Assembly: GCA_021735655.1 (NCBI GenBank)
Contig: JAIPGM010000003.1
Location: forward strand, 128,001-192,000
Source of the DNA: Candidatus Omnitrophota bacterium
GTDB taxonomy: Bacteria > Omnitrophota > Gorgyraeia > Duberdicusellales > 4484-171
Length of the DNA stretch: 64,000 bases
Reading direction: 5' to 3'
The position numbers and the translations under genes were made by a program. Positions 1 through 8,920 of this stretch are shown here, in pieces (position 1 is the first letter of the stretch; the number at the start of each line of letters is the position of its first letter). The notes beneath the pieces were generated by a model. It saw nothing but the letters and a program-made list of their open reading frames with translations, made no database searches and was not told the DNA's origin.

Positions 1-51
1 TTTAGGCGCAGAACAGGATAGAGTGTGATAAGTAAGTAAAAAGGAGGCCCA

Positions 52-510
52 ATGGCTAAAGCAGGAATAGTATTTTTAAAAATATTTAGAGTATTAATTG
101 GTTTAGTACTTTTAGTTTATAGTGCATGTTTGTTGGGCAGTTTTTTCTCGGTCTCGGTGCATGACTATATAGGTGCTTTAGGCCAGCAATATAAGGTGAT
201 TGGGTTTATCTTTGCCGGTCTTTCTTCTACGCCAGCCTTTGCTTATCTATCTTTGTTCGTTGGCTCAATATATTTTTTAGCGGCTATCTCGATACTTAGC
301 TTGAAACATAATCCGCGTATTGGTGCTACCTATATTTTATTTTCGGTGTGGGTATTCATTGTTTTTATTCTAGCCTTAAAAATTAAGGAAGGCATTGGGG
401 TTGGTTTTTCGAACCCAGACTTTATAGCTAGTGTAACCGATTTTTTTAAAATAATGGTACCATTGGTAATCCCAGCTTTATTTTTACCGTTTTTTACCGG
501 CGGAGAGTAA
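52..510 (+). CDS. hypothetical polytopic membrane protein
   Basis: ORF with an AAGGAGG RBS 8 nt upstream. At least 4 predicted hydrophobic helices. No recognisable motif. Confidence 0.45.
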   Translation: MAKAGIVFLKIFRVLIGLVLLVYSACLLGSFFSVSVHDYIGALGQQYKVIGFIFAGLSSTPAFAYLSLFVGSIYFLAAISILSLKHNPRIGATYILFSVWVFIVFILALKIKEGIGVGFSNPDFIASVTDFFKIMVPLVIPALFLPFFTGGE

Positions 511-568
511 AAAAGGCTTTACCCAGATTGTATTTTTGATATAATAAGTCTTAACAAGGAGGTGTCCA

Positions 569-907
569 GTGAAAAAGATAGTTCTTTTAGTAGTCATATT
601 GCAGTTATTTTTTCTTCCCGTACATGCTCAAGATTATAATGCTTTACGTAAATTCGGAAGAGGTCTTTCTAACACTTTTCTCGGGTTAACTGAAATTCCT
701 CGTCAGATGGGGATAACTCGTGAAGAATCTGGCAGTGTAGCCGGTGTTTTTTACGGAGCGCCAAAGGGCATTCTTTTTACTGTCGGTAGAATGGCTATAG
801 GCTTGTATGAAGTAGTTACTTTTTTAATTCCACCCTATAAGCCGGTGGTTGAACCAGAATTTGTACTTACTGAAGAGTATAATGACCTTACTCCTGATGA
901 GGAGTAG
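569..907 (+). CDS. small secreted protein, member A of a paralogous pair with conserved C-terminal IPPY...EPEFV motif
   Basis: N-terminal signal peptide (…LPVHA/QD). GGAGG RBS. Aligns along its length with ORF 31415..31741 (KxxRGxxN…E(I/V)P(R/K)Q…G…YG…KG…TV…G…Y(E/D)…F.IPPY…EPEFV). Confidence 0.6.
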   Translation: MKKIVLLVVILQLFFLPVHAQDYNALRKFGRGLSNTFLGLTEIPRQMGITREESGSVAGVFYGAPKGILFTVGRMAIGLYEVVTFLIPPYKPVVEPEFVLTEEYNDLTPDEE

Positions 908-1002
908 AGGAATTATAGATATTTTTTTAAGCTGGCCGAATATTGTTGGTGGTGGTCTCATAAAGGCATGCCAATACATCTATCGTTGTTAGGAAAAAAG
1001 TT

Positions 1003-1458
1003 ATGAAGACAGAGAGAGTTCATAAATTTTCCTCAGCCCAAAGCCTTAAACAGTTTAATTTCAGTATAATTATTTTTGTTGGAGCAATAATCCTTTTGGT
1101 TGTTTTTAAGAATTTTCAAGTTTCCAACCAGCAAACCTACGGAGATTTACACCTTCGGGACAAAGAAGAGATTGCTCAGGCTTTTGTCCAGCTAGAGCTT
1201 AGATTATCAGAAGTCGAATTCGCAGATTTAAATAGTTTGATTGCAAAAGGCATGAGGGTGCTTCCTGAGTATGAGCGAGATAAACTTGAAAAATTGCAGA
1301 AAAAATACGCCTATAAAGGGCATAAGAGCTTTACTGAAGATGATGTTTTAGCTATGCGGCAGTTAAACTATAAGGCGATTGGTTTACTTTCTGAGGAAGA
1401 TCAGTCTAGATTTCATTATCTTATGCTTAAGGCTACTGGAAAGGTTTCCGATAATTAG
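1003..1458 (+). CDS. hypothetical protein with single N-terminal TM anchor
   Basis: ORF. Hydrophobic segment aa 20-37. Charged helical remainder. Confidence 0.4.
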   Translation: MKTERVHKFSSAQSLKQFNFSIIIFVGAIILLVVFKNFQVSNQQTYGDLHLRDKEEIAQAFVQLELRLSEVEFADLNSLIAKGMRVLPEYERDKLEKLQKKYAYKGHKSFTEDDVLAMRQLNYKAIGLLSEEDQSRFHYLMLKATGKVSDN

Positions 1459-1484
1459 CGTTTAACTTTAAGTGAGTTTTAGCG

Positions 1485-2339
1485 ATGATTAAAAAATCAA
1501 TATTATTAATTTTCACAACTGGTTTCGTTTTTTTTGCTCAAGCCGAAGTGGTTGTTTTTAAAAATGGCAAAGTTATTGAAGGGGAAATAACCGAGCGAAC
1601 TTCGCAATATTTAAAAATTGAGCTTAGTGGCATATCAATAAAATATTATCTTGAAACGATTGAAAGCATTGATGGTGAGAAAATTTCTGATCTTGGGCTT
1701 AGTAAGGAAGGCGTAGAATTAGGCGCTAAGGTTAAGCAAGATAGAGTAATCAGTGAGACTTGGCGCAAGCATTATGCCCAGGCTGAGCAATATCTTGAGA
1801 ATCGTCAATACGAACAGGCAATATTGGAGTTTAATGAGGTTTTGAAAGAAGACCCTGGAGCATATGAGGCTTATACTGGCATAGGTTTTGCTAACATTCA
1901 GCTAGGTAAGTATGAAGAAGCTATAGCTAACTTTAAAAAGGCTATAGAAATAAATTCTGAATATGTTCAAGCTTATGATAATATCGGAGTTGTTTATTCA
2001 TTTTTACGCCGCTATCGTGAAGCTTTGCCTTATTTTGATAAAGCCATAAGTATAGATCCAGAATTTGTCACTGCTTACAATAATCTTGCATCTACCTATC
2101 TTTTTCTGGGTCAGTATCAAGAAGCGGTTATCTATTATCAGAAAGCTTTTCAAATTGACCCTCAAAATGCCGACTCTGCTCGTAGCCTTGGTGTGGCCTA
2201 TAATGATTTGGGTAAGGCAAAAGAAGCCAAGGAATATCTTGAGAAAGCAATAGAGCTCTATAAGGCTCAGGGTGACTATCATGGTGTGCAAAAAGCAGAG
2301 GACCAACTCAAAAACATTCCTAAAGATTCTCTTAAATGA
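1485..2339 (+). CDS. TPR-repeat protein with signal peptide
   Basis: Signal peptide. Repeated A..Y/N.G..Y…G.Y.EA…F.KA 34-aa TPR units through aa 100-260. Confidence 0.7.
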   Translation: MIKKSILLIFTTGFVFFAQAEVVVFKNGKVIEGEITERTSQYLKIELSGISIKYYLETIESIDGEKISDLGLSKEGVELGAKVKQDRVISETWRKHYAQAEQYLENRQYEQAILEFNEVLKEDPGAYEAYTGIGFANIQLGKYEEAIANFKKAIEINSEYVQAYDNIGVVYSFLRRYREALPYFDKAISIDPEFVTAYNNLASTYLFLGQYQEAVIYYQKAFQIDPQNADSARSLGVAYNDLGKAKEAKEYLEKAIELYKAQGDYHGVQKAEDQLKNIPKDSLK

Positions 2340-3487
2340 AAGCTTATAAAATTCTGCTCACAGCCTGTATATTCCTGTTTATTTTTCTCTGTTTCTTTCA
2401 TTATTTTTCTCAGAGGCCTCTTTGGGGAGATGAGAAGTTCGTTCTCGATAACATCAGAGACAGATCATTTAAACAACTCTTCGGAGTACTTAAAGACAGC
2501 CAGGCTTTTCCTCGAGTTTATTTAGGGATAGTTCAATCATTTTCAAAAGTGTTTCAGTATCATGTTTTGTCGTTACGTTTTTTACCATTTCTTTGTATGC
2601 TGTCGGCATTTTTTATTTGGAAGAGAGTGTATCGTCAAGTCCTAGATAGTCGTTGGCTGGCGTTATTAACCTTATCTTCTTTGAGTAGTATTTATTATTT
2701 TAGTTATTATGCGGCGGAATTAAAGCCTTACTCTATGGATGTATTGGTAGTAGCTATATTTTGTCTTTATTTTGTTTATCAAAAAAAACTGGACTCTAAA
2801 GGCCTTTCAAAAAAGTTTATTGTTGCAACTTTACTTTTACCGATTACCCTTTTCTTTTCCTATGCTAGTTTTTTAGTTTTTTGGATTGTAATTTATAATT
2901 TTTTATTCGTTGTTAAAAGAAGTCAAAAAATACTCTATCTTTTAATGATCTATTCTGCACTTTGTTTTTTATTTGGAATTTCGACATATTGGATTGATTT
3001 GAGACATGGCTATTCAACTCCCGGGCTCATATCTTATTGGAATGATTATTTTGTTTGCACTGATTCGGCCTATTGTTTTTTTAAATCCTTTGGTGAAGGT
3101 TTAAGGAAACTCGCTACTTGGTGGTTTGGTAATGTCGATTTTTTAAAGAGAAGTGCTTCTTTCGTCATACCTTTTTTTACAATTTCTTTATTTGTCTATG
3201 GTTTTAAATCTTTCAAAAGCAATAGCTGTCGACTTTTCAGTCTGGATTCTGTTGGTTTGGCTATTTTCCTTGAGTTGTTAGTTTTGGGAATTCTAAAAAA
3301 GTATCCTTTTACTGGAGAAAGGGTAACTTTATTCTTTGCTCCCTTTGTTTTTTATTTTATTATTAAAGGTATCAGCTCACTTAAAAAAATAAAAATTCTA
3401 TACCGATTTTTCGTTGTTTCTTACCTTGGTCTTATTTTAGGCTGTGGCCTGAACTCGATTTTAACTTATTTAAAGCTTTATAACTGA
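2336..3487 (+). CDS. polytopic membrane protein, possible GT-C-type (polyprenyl-phosphate-sugar dependent) glycosyltransferase
   Basis: About 10 hydrophobic helices. 4-nt overlap with the upstream gene. Immediately upstream of a Dpm1/GtrB-like GT2. No diagnostic motif, so function is inferred from context only. Confidence 0.4.
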   Translation: MKAYKILLTACIFLFIFLCFFHYFSQRPLWGDEKFVLDNIRDRSFKQLFGVLKDSQAFPRVYLGIVQSFSKVFQYHVLSLRFLPFLCMLSAFFIWKRVYRQVLDSRWLALLTLSSLSSIYYFSYYAAELKPYSMDVLVVAIFCLYFVYQKKLDSKGLSKKFIVATLLLPITLFFSYASFLVFWIVIYNFLFVVKRSQKILYLLMIYSALCFLFGISTYWIDLRHGYSTPGLISYWNDYFVCTDSAYCFFKSFGEGLRKLATWWFGNVDFLKRSASFVIPFFTISLFVYGFKSFKSNSCRLFSLDSVGLAIFLELLVLGILKKYPFTGERVTLFFAPFVFYFIIKGISSLKKIKILYRFFVVSYLGLILGCGLNSILTYLKLYN

Positions 3488-3512
3488 TTTTTTATTTTAA
3501 GGAGCAAAATTT

Positions 3513-4226
3513 ATGCAAAATCAAAAGAGTATACGTTTATCAATCATTATCCCTTGTTTTAATGAGAAAAACTTTATACGAGAAATCATTGATCGGGTGA
3601 ATAAAGCCCCAGTTGTCAATAAAGAGATAATTTTAGTAGATGATTGCTCGACTGACGGAACCAGAGAGTTGATCAAGAATGAGCTTCATAAACAGGTAGC
3701 TAAGGTAGTTTATAGCGATAAGAATTTGGGCAAAGGATCAGCTTTGCGCAAAGGGTTTGCTAAGGCTAGTGGAGACATTGTTATAGTCCAAGATGCTGAC
3801 TTAGAATATGATCCTGAGGAATATCCAAAATTAATTAAGCCGATTATCGAAGGAAAAGCTGATGTAGTTTATGGCTCACGTTTTGTCGGGTCGAGTGGGC
3901 ATCGAGTTTTGTATTTTTGGCATATGGTTGGTAATAAAGCTCTTACTCTTTTTTCCAATATATTTACTAATTTAAACCTTACCGATGTGGAGACTGGCTA
4001 TAAGGTTTTTCGAAAGAGTATCCTTGATAAGGTTAAGCTTGAAGAAGATGGATTCGGTTTCGAAGTGGAAGTTACCGCTAAAGTGGCTGAGTTAAAATGC
4101 AGAATTTATGAGGTTGGTATTTCTTATAACGGAAGAACTTATGAACAAGGGAAAAAGATCGGTTGGCGCGATGGAGTTAAAACAATAGTTACAATTATTA
4201 AATACGCATTATGCCGGCAGAATTAA
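3513..4226 (+). CDS. GT2-family polyprenol-phosphate glycosyl (mannosyl/glucosyl) transferase, Dpm1/ArnC/GtrB-like, soluble form
   Basis: LSIIIPCFNE…VDDCSTDGT…VVQDADLEYDP (DxD) motifs typical of GT2 Dpm1-like enzymes. 237 aa with no C-terminal TM. Confidence 0.8.
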   Translation: MQNQKSIRLSIIIPCFNEKNFIREIIDRVNKAPVVNKEIILVDDCSTDGTRELIKNELHKQVAKVVYSDKNLGKGSALRKGFAKASGDIVIVQDADLEYDPEEYPKLIKPIIEGKADVVYGSRFVGSSGHRVLYFWHMVGNKALTLFSNIFTNLNLTDVETGYKVFRKSILDKVKLEEDGFGFEVEVTAKVAELKCRIYEVGISYNGRTYEQGKKIGWRDGVKTIVTIIKYALCRQN

Positions 4227-4239
4227 GAAAGGGGGTAAC

Positions 4240-4620
4240 GTGACTAAGGGTAAATTTATATTAGTTTTTGCAGTAATTATTCTTATGAGTCAGTTTTTTG
4301 TTTTTGGGCAAGATCAGCCGCGTTGGCAAAGTCTATGTAAAGGCTCAGCTAACCCTTATTGCGTGGCTGTTGGCAAGGATGCTTGCAATAATGATTCTCA
4401 TCCAATACCTTTACGTGGCCTTGAATTGGGGAAGGTAACCGGCGTTGTTTGGATCCAAGAGGGCGAAACGGTTAGCGGTGTTGGTGAATGGCCGCAAGTC
4501 GCACCAAAAAATGACTATTATTACATAATTGATAATGACATATCTGAACCTTTTATTAGGGTATGTAGCGAAATCGAAATTAAGGCAGAAGTAGAGGATG
4601 CAGGATTTAGTTCCGATTGA
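4240..4620 (+). CDS. secreted Cys-containing hypothetical protein
   Basis: Signal peptide (…VFG/QD). 6 Cys. GGGGG RBS-like stretch upstream. Confidence 0.45.
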   Translation: MTKGKFILVFAVIILMSQFFVFGQDQPRWQSLCKGSANPYCVAVGKDACNNDSHPIPLRGLELGKVTGVVWIQEGETVSGVGEWPQVAPKNDYYYIIDNDISEPFIRVCSEIEIKAEVEDAGFSSD

Positions 4621-4813
4621 GATATTTTTAAGCCGCCATGAGGCAGAAGTTGTCAGGGGGTTCCTTCTAGATAGGGGAGTAGAGTCAGTAATCTCAATAG
4701 ATGATGTTGGCGGTCAGCTTCCGGGCTTGAATACATTATCCGGAGGGATAAGGCTACTAGTTAGGCGGGGCGATTTAAAAAGAGCCAAAGAAATCTTGGA
4801 AAATTTAGATTGA
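4598..4813 (+). CDS. DUF2007-like small protein (putative signal-transducing, PII-like fold)
   Basis: 71 aa. Pattern …FLSRHEAEV..GFL.D.G…GG…L.V…DL.RAKEIL matches what I recall of DUF2007. Confidence 0.5.
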   Translation: MQDLVPIEIFLSRHEAEVVRGFLLDRGVESVISIDDVGGQLPGLNTLSGGIRLLVRRGDLKRAKEILENLD

Positions 4814-4835
4814 CCTTTAGGGAGGGGAGTAAACC

Positions 4836-5033
4836 ATGTTTAAAAAGTTAAATAAAAGAGCGGAAAAATTAACTTTGATGGATGTTAAATTGTTGCAGTT
4901 ATCAACTTTTTTCATAAGCATCGCAATGGTTAAGTTTATTCCTGATTTATTAAAGATTAATTATTCAATTTTATTAGTGTTGGCAATTATATTCTTAGCT
5001 AAGCCTTTTTACTCTTTTTGGCTTAAGAAGTAA
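4836..5033 (+). CDS. small membrane protein (hypothetical)
   Basis: 65 aa with two hydrophobic segments. GGAGG RBS upstream. Confidence 0.35.
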   Translation: MFKKLNKRAEKLTLMDVKLLQLSTFFISIAMVKFIPDLLKINYSILLVLAIIFLAKPFYSFWLKK

Positions 5034-5052
5034 TATAATTAGGGGGGCCAAT

Positions 5053-5616
5053 TTGGATAGAAACAGAGCAAGATTATTTGAACTGGTAGTATTACTGGTT
5101 GTTGTTGGAATTTTAGCGGCAGCAGCTTTTTTTAATGCTTTTAGTGTTGTTGAGAAGGCTAAGATTTCTAAAATGGCGGTTGAGGTCAAAGCTTTAAAGA
5201 CAGCTTGGTATTCTTTTTACTCTGATTGCGGGTATTTTCCTACTGAAAATGATTATAAAGATAAAGGGGTTTATTCACATAGTGAAGTCGGGCCATTGAT
5301 GAAAGATACAGATATCACTAAGGATGTTCTAAGCAGAAGCAGTTGGAATGGCCCTTACTATAAAGGTAAGTGTCGTTCGCCATGGCTTGCGCCTTACTTA
5401 TATGATAATGACAACAACAACGTATACGATCCAGTTATTGGAACTAATCCTTATCGAGGGACTAATATCGGTATATCAGAATTAGATTTTAATGGAGATG
5501 TAGAAAAGATAGTTCCGGCGATGGATGAAATAATTGATGATGGAAATTCTTCAACCGGAAGCCTTAGATATACTCCTAATAAGCGAGTTTTTTATTTGAT
5601 TCATAATAATTATTAA
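5053..5616 (+). CDS. type IV pilin-like protein with degenerate prepilin N-terminus (paralog of 38717..39310)
   Basis: TTG start with AGGGGGG RBS. N-terminal hydrophobic helix carries a conserved Glu at the pilin +5-equivalent position, but the G|F cleavage site is replaced (…RA|RLFE…). Shares NAF..(I/V)EKAK(I/V)S…KA(L/Y)KTA.YS.Y(S/A)D.G, W(N/D)GPY and C-terminal DDG…G with the second pilin. Confidence 0.55.
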   Translation: MDRNRARLFELVVLLVVVGILAAAAFFNAFSVVEKAKISKMAVEVKALKTAWYSFYSDCGYFPTENDYKDKGVYSHSEVGPLMKDTDITKDVLSRSSWNGPYYKGKCRSPWLAPYLYDNDNNNVYDPVIGTNPYRGTNIGISELDFNGDVEKIVPAMDEIIDDGNSSTGSLRYTPNKRVFYLIHNNY

Positions 5617-5628
5617 ATTTAAAAAACA

Positions 5629-6606
5629 ATGAAAAATACAAAAATGGTTAAGTTAATTTTGGGAATTATCGCTTTAGGGGTTCTGCTGACTTCAGCTACT
5701 TGTTCCTTTCGGCCACAGCCAGTTATGAAGATTAAGGCAGGAAGGATGACGATAGTCGATTGTTTGCAGTTTCTTGTAGCTGAAGAGAAGGGATTTTTTA
5801 AGCAAGAAAACTTAGAGATAGAAACTGTTATTATGGCTGGTGGTGCAGATATCGCCCCGGCAGTAGAGTCTGGAGAGCTGGATATTGGTTTTTCGAATGT
5901 GCCTTCGATAATCTTTGCCTACGATAAAGGGATTAAGTTTAAATTTCTAACTCCGGGATCTTTCCGGGATTCGAGTATAGGTACCGACTCGCAACATCTA
6001 CTAATGTATAAAGGGTATGATTCTTTAGATCCTGAAGATTTTAACGGTAAGACAGTAGCTATAAATACGATGGCCAATATAAATGAATTAGCAATCAGGG
6101 CCTGGTTCGATAAGAACAAGGTAGACATTGACAAGGTTAATGTAGTTCCGGTTCCTTTCCCACAAATGGAATCAGCCTTTGAGACGCAGCAAATTGACGT
6201 TGCTATTGTCAACGAGCCTTTTGCAACTTTAAGTCTTTTACACGGCGTTACCAAGGTTTTAGACAGGTACCCGCTTAATGCTATCTCCAGACGGTTAATG
6301 GTTGCCAGTTGGTTTGTTACCGAATCAAGACTAAAAGAACACCCCAGGGAAATTCAAGCCTTCATCAGGGCAATTAACAAAGCAACTAAGTTTATCGTGG
6401 ATAATCCTGAAGAGACAGCCGAGATTGTTGCCTATAACACTCGGTTGCCAAAGGAGTTATCGGGAAAAATTCGTCTGCCTCTTTTTACAGAGCATATACT
6501 TAAAGAGGACTTACAGGTAATGATTGATGCCTCATTCAAATACGGTTTTATAAAGAACAAATTTGATGCTCAAGAAATAGTAATTGAAGAATTAAAGCTA
6601 AAATAG
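5629..6606 (+). CDS. periplasmic substrate-binding protein, NMT1/SsuA (nitrate/sulfonate/bicarbonate) family
   Basis: Signal/lipoprotein-like N-terminus (LLTSATC). Overall SsuA/NMT1-like pattern (…DIGFSNVPSIIFAYDKG…). No permease or ATPase genes adjacent. Confidence 0.7.
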   Translation: MKNTKMVKLILGIIALGVLLTSATCSFRPQPVMKIKAGRMTIVDCLQFLVAEEKGFFKQENLEIETVIMAGGADIAPAVESGELDIGFSNVPSIIFAYDKGIKFKFLTPGSFRDSSIGTDSQHLLMYKGYDSLDPEDFNGKTVAINTMANINELAIRAWFDKNKVDIDKVNVVPVPFPQMESAFETQQIDVAIVNEPFATLSLLHGVTKVLDRYPLNAISRRLMVASWFVTESRLKEHPREIQAFIRAINKATKFIVDNPEETAEIVAYNTRLPKELSGKIRLPLFTEHILKEDLQVMIDASFKYGFIKNKFDAQEIVIEELKLK

Positions 6607-6613
6607 ATTAGAA

Positions 6614-8773
6614 ATGAAGATACGTGCTAAATTAATTATTTTGTTTGTGGTTGTGGCCGTTTTAATTACCTTGATAAACGGATTTGTTTTTGTTATTCAG
6701 GGAGAAAGCTCTTTGGCCCAAAGGACGGAAGCTCAGCTTGAAAGCGTTACCGTATTAAAGGGGAATCAGCTTAAGGTTTTTATTAAGGATGCAACCAGCC
6801 GCTTAGAAGGTATAGCTCGGGAGAGAGTCCTTGTCGATAATTTTTTAAAATCAGTTGAGAATAAAAGTAGCCAATCTAACTTGGGAGATAATTGTCAGGA
6901 GTGCCATGAGCTATTAAGAGAAAGATTGGTCGGTGATCAGGATTTTAAAGAGCTGTTTATCTTAAATAGTCGAGGAGATGTTTATCTCTCGACCGATAAG
7001 GCCAATCAGGGGACAGATAAAATCTCGATGCCTTATTTTATTGAAGGCAAAAAAAACATATTTGTTCAGAATTTTTACTACAGTATAAGATTGAGGCAGT
7101 TGACTACGGTTATTGCTGTCCCGATTAAGGATTATAAGGAAAAGGTTATTGGTGTGTTGGCGGCTCGGATTAATTTGGATAAAATTAGTAATACTATGCT
7201 TGAGCGTTCTGGTTTGGGAGAAACTGGCGAAACTTATTTAGTTAGTAAATTTAATTACATGGTTACCGAATCAAGATTTGAGGGCGGCTTGGCTTTAAAG
7301 GGGGCGGTTTATAATGATGCCGTTAAAGACTGTCTAAAAGGAAACTCTGGGCGCAAAACTTATAATAATTACAGAGGTGTTTCTACTATCGGTGCATATA
7401 AGTGGTTTTCCGAAACAGATACTTGTTTAGTGGCTGAGATTAGTGAGGAAGAGGCATTAAAGCCAGTCAAAGAGTTAAGAGATATTATGGTTGTAGTTAA
7501 TGTTGTTGTTCTTATCTTGACAGTTATTTTGAGTTTTTTTCTCTCAAGAACAATCACCAATCCGATTATCAGATTGGTAAAAGGAACAGAGGAAATTAGG
7601 AAGGGTAATTTAAACTATAAGATCGATATAAATTCAAAAGATGAGATAGGTTGGTTAGGGCGATCTTTCAATGAGATGGCTGAGAGTTTGGAGAAGACGA
7701 CCGTTTCCAAAGCTTATGTAGATAGTATTATTGAAAGTATGAGTGATTCCTTGATTGTGGTTACTCCCAGATTAAAAATAGACCGGGTTAACCGGGCAGC
7801 ATCTGAACTTTTAGGATATAGGGAGGAGGAGCTCATAAATAAGCCAATTGAAAAGATCATTTCGTTTAGAGATGCTAGCTTTGCAAAATCAGCACTAAAG
7901 CTGCAGATAAAAAAGGGTAGCTTGATGAATCAGGAAGTATATTATCGCACTAAGGCTGGCAAAGAAGTGCCGGTTCTTTTTAGCGTTTCGTTGATGAAAA
8001 ATGAAGATGGGAGTATAAACTGTATTATTTGTACTGCTTGGGATATTACCGAACGCAAATTGGCTGAAGAAAAAATTAAAGAAGTGGCCGAGATGAAGTC
8101 AAAATTAACTTCAATGGTTTCACACGAGCTAAGAACCCCTTTAGCGGCGATTAAGACTGGTATAAATATTGTTGGAGACGGGTTAACCGGAAAAATTAAT
8201 GCTGAGCAAAGTGATTTCCTTGGTATTGTTAAAAAAAATGTTGATCGTTTAGGCCGTTTAATTAACGATGTTTTAAATTTCCAGAAATTAGAATCTGGCA
8301 AAATGCAGTTTAAGGTAGAGGAAAATGATATAAACCAGACAATTAAAGAGGTCTATAAGATAATGCATTCATTAGCAAAACAAAAAAAATTACAACTTGG
8401 CCTTGAGCTTGAAAAGAATCTTCCTAAGAGTTCTTTTGATAAAGACCGAATCATTCAGGTGTTAACTAATTTGATTAGCAATGCTATTAAATTCACCGAT
8501 AGTGGCCAGGTTACAATTACTACTCGAAGAGAGGCCAACCATGTTTGTGTAATGGTGGAGGACACCGGGGTTGGGCTTAGAGCTCAAGACCTTTCTAAGA
8601 TTTTTGAGTCATTTGAGCAATTAGAAAGAGTAAAGGGTAGAAAAATAGAAGGCACAGGCTTGGGTCTTGCGATCTGTAAAGAAATAATCGAGCAACATAA
8701 GGGAAAGATTTGGGTTAAGTCTGAGCTAGGAAAAGGGTCTCTTTTTAGTTTTATTTTACCAATAGTAACCTAA
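6614..8773 (+). CDS. sensor histidine kinase (TM - periplasmic sensor - TM - HAMP - PAS - HisKA - HATPase_c)
   Basis: Two TM segments flank a ~260-aa extracytoplasmic domain. HAMP is followed by a PAS-like region. H-box SHELRTPL. N/G boxes (NLISNAIKFT…DTGVGL…GTGLGLAI). Confidence 0.85.
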   Translation: MKIRAKLIILFVVVAVLITLINGFVFVIQGESSLAQRTEAQLESVTVLKGNQLKVFIKDATSRLEGIARERVLVDNFLKSVENKSSQSNLGDNCQECHELLRERLVGDQDFKELFILNSRGDVYLSTDKANQGTDKISMPYFIEGKKNIFVQNFYYSIRLRQLTTVIAVPIKDYKEKVIGVLAARINLDKISNTMLERSGLGETGETYLVSKFNYMVTESRFEGGLALKGAVYNDAVKDCLKGNSGRKTYNNYRGVSTIGAYKWFSETDTCLVAEISEEEALKPVKELRDIMVVVNVVVLILTVILSFFLSRTITNPIIRLVKGTEEIRKGNLNYKIDINSKDEIGWLGRSFNEMAESLEKTTVSKAYVDSIIESMSDSLIVVTPRLKIDRVNRAASELLGYREEELINKPIEKIISFRDASFAKSALKLQIKKGSLMNQEVYYRTKAGKEVPVLFSVSLMKNEDGSINCIICTAWDITERKLAEEKIKEVAEMKSKLTSMVSHELRTPLAAIKTGINIVGDGLTGKINAEQSDFLGIVKKNVDRLGRLINDVLNFQKLESGKMQFKVEENDINQTIKEVYKIMHSLAKQKKLQLGLELEKNLPKSSFDKDRIIQVLTNLISNAIKFTDSGQVTITTRREANHVCVMVEDTGVGLRAQDLSKIFESFEQLERVKGRKIEGTGLGLAICKEIIEQHKGKIWVKSELGKGSLFSFILPIVT

Positions 8774-8850
8774 AAAGGGATTAAAAATCCACTTAAGTTA
8801 TTTTCTAATACTTTAATAAACCAAATAATTTTTCAATAGAAGAAAATCCC

Positions 8851-8879
8851 TTGCCTAAAATACCCTCTACTGCTATAAT
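8851..8879 (+). promoter_or_regulatory. sigma70-like promoter for tRNA-Phe (TTGCCT-17-TATAAT)
   Basis: -35 TTGCCT at 8851-8856. 17-nt spacer. Perfect -10 TATAAT at 8874-8879. Sits 42 nt upstream of the tRNA. Confidence 0.45.
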
Positions 8880-8920
8880 TTTCTAATTGTTATTTGGTAT
8901 TTTTATCTGTTTTAAACCTA

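Noticed and set aside
2004-2306. ORFs 2004..2306 (-) and 2065..2253 (+) inside the TPR gene.
   Set aside because: They are nested within a well-supported TPR-protein CDS with no independent signals.
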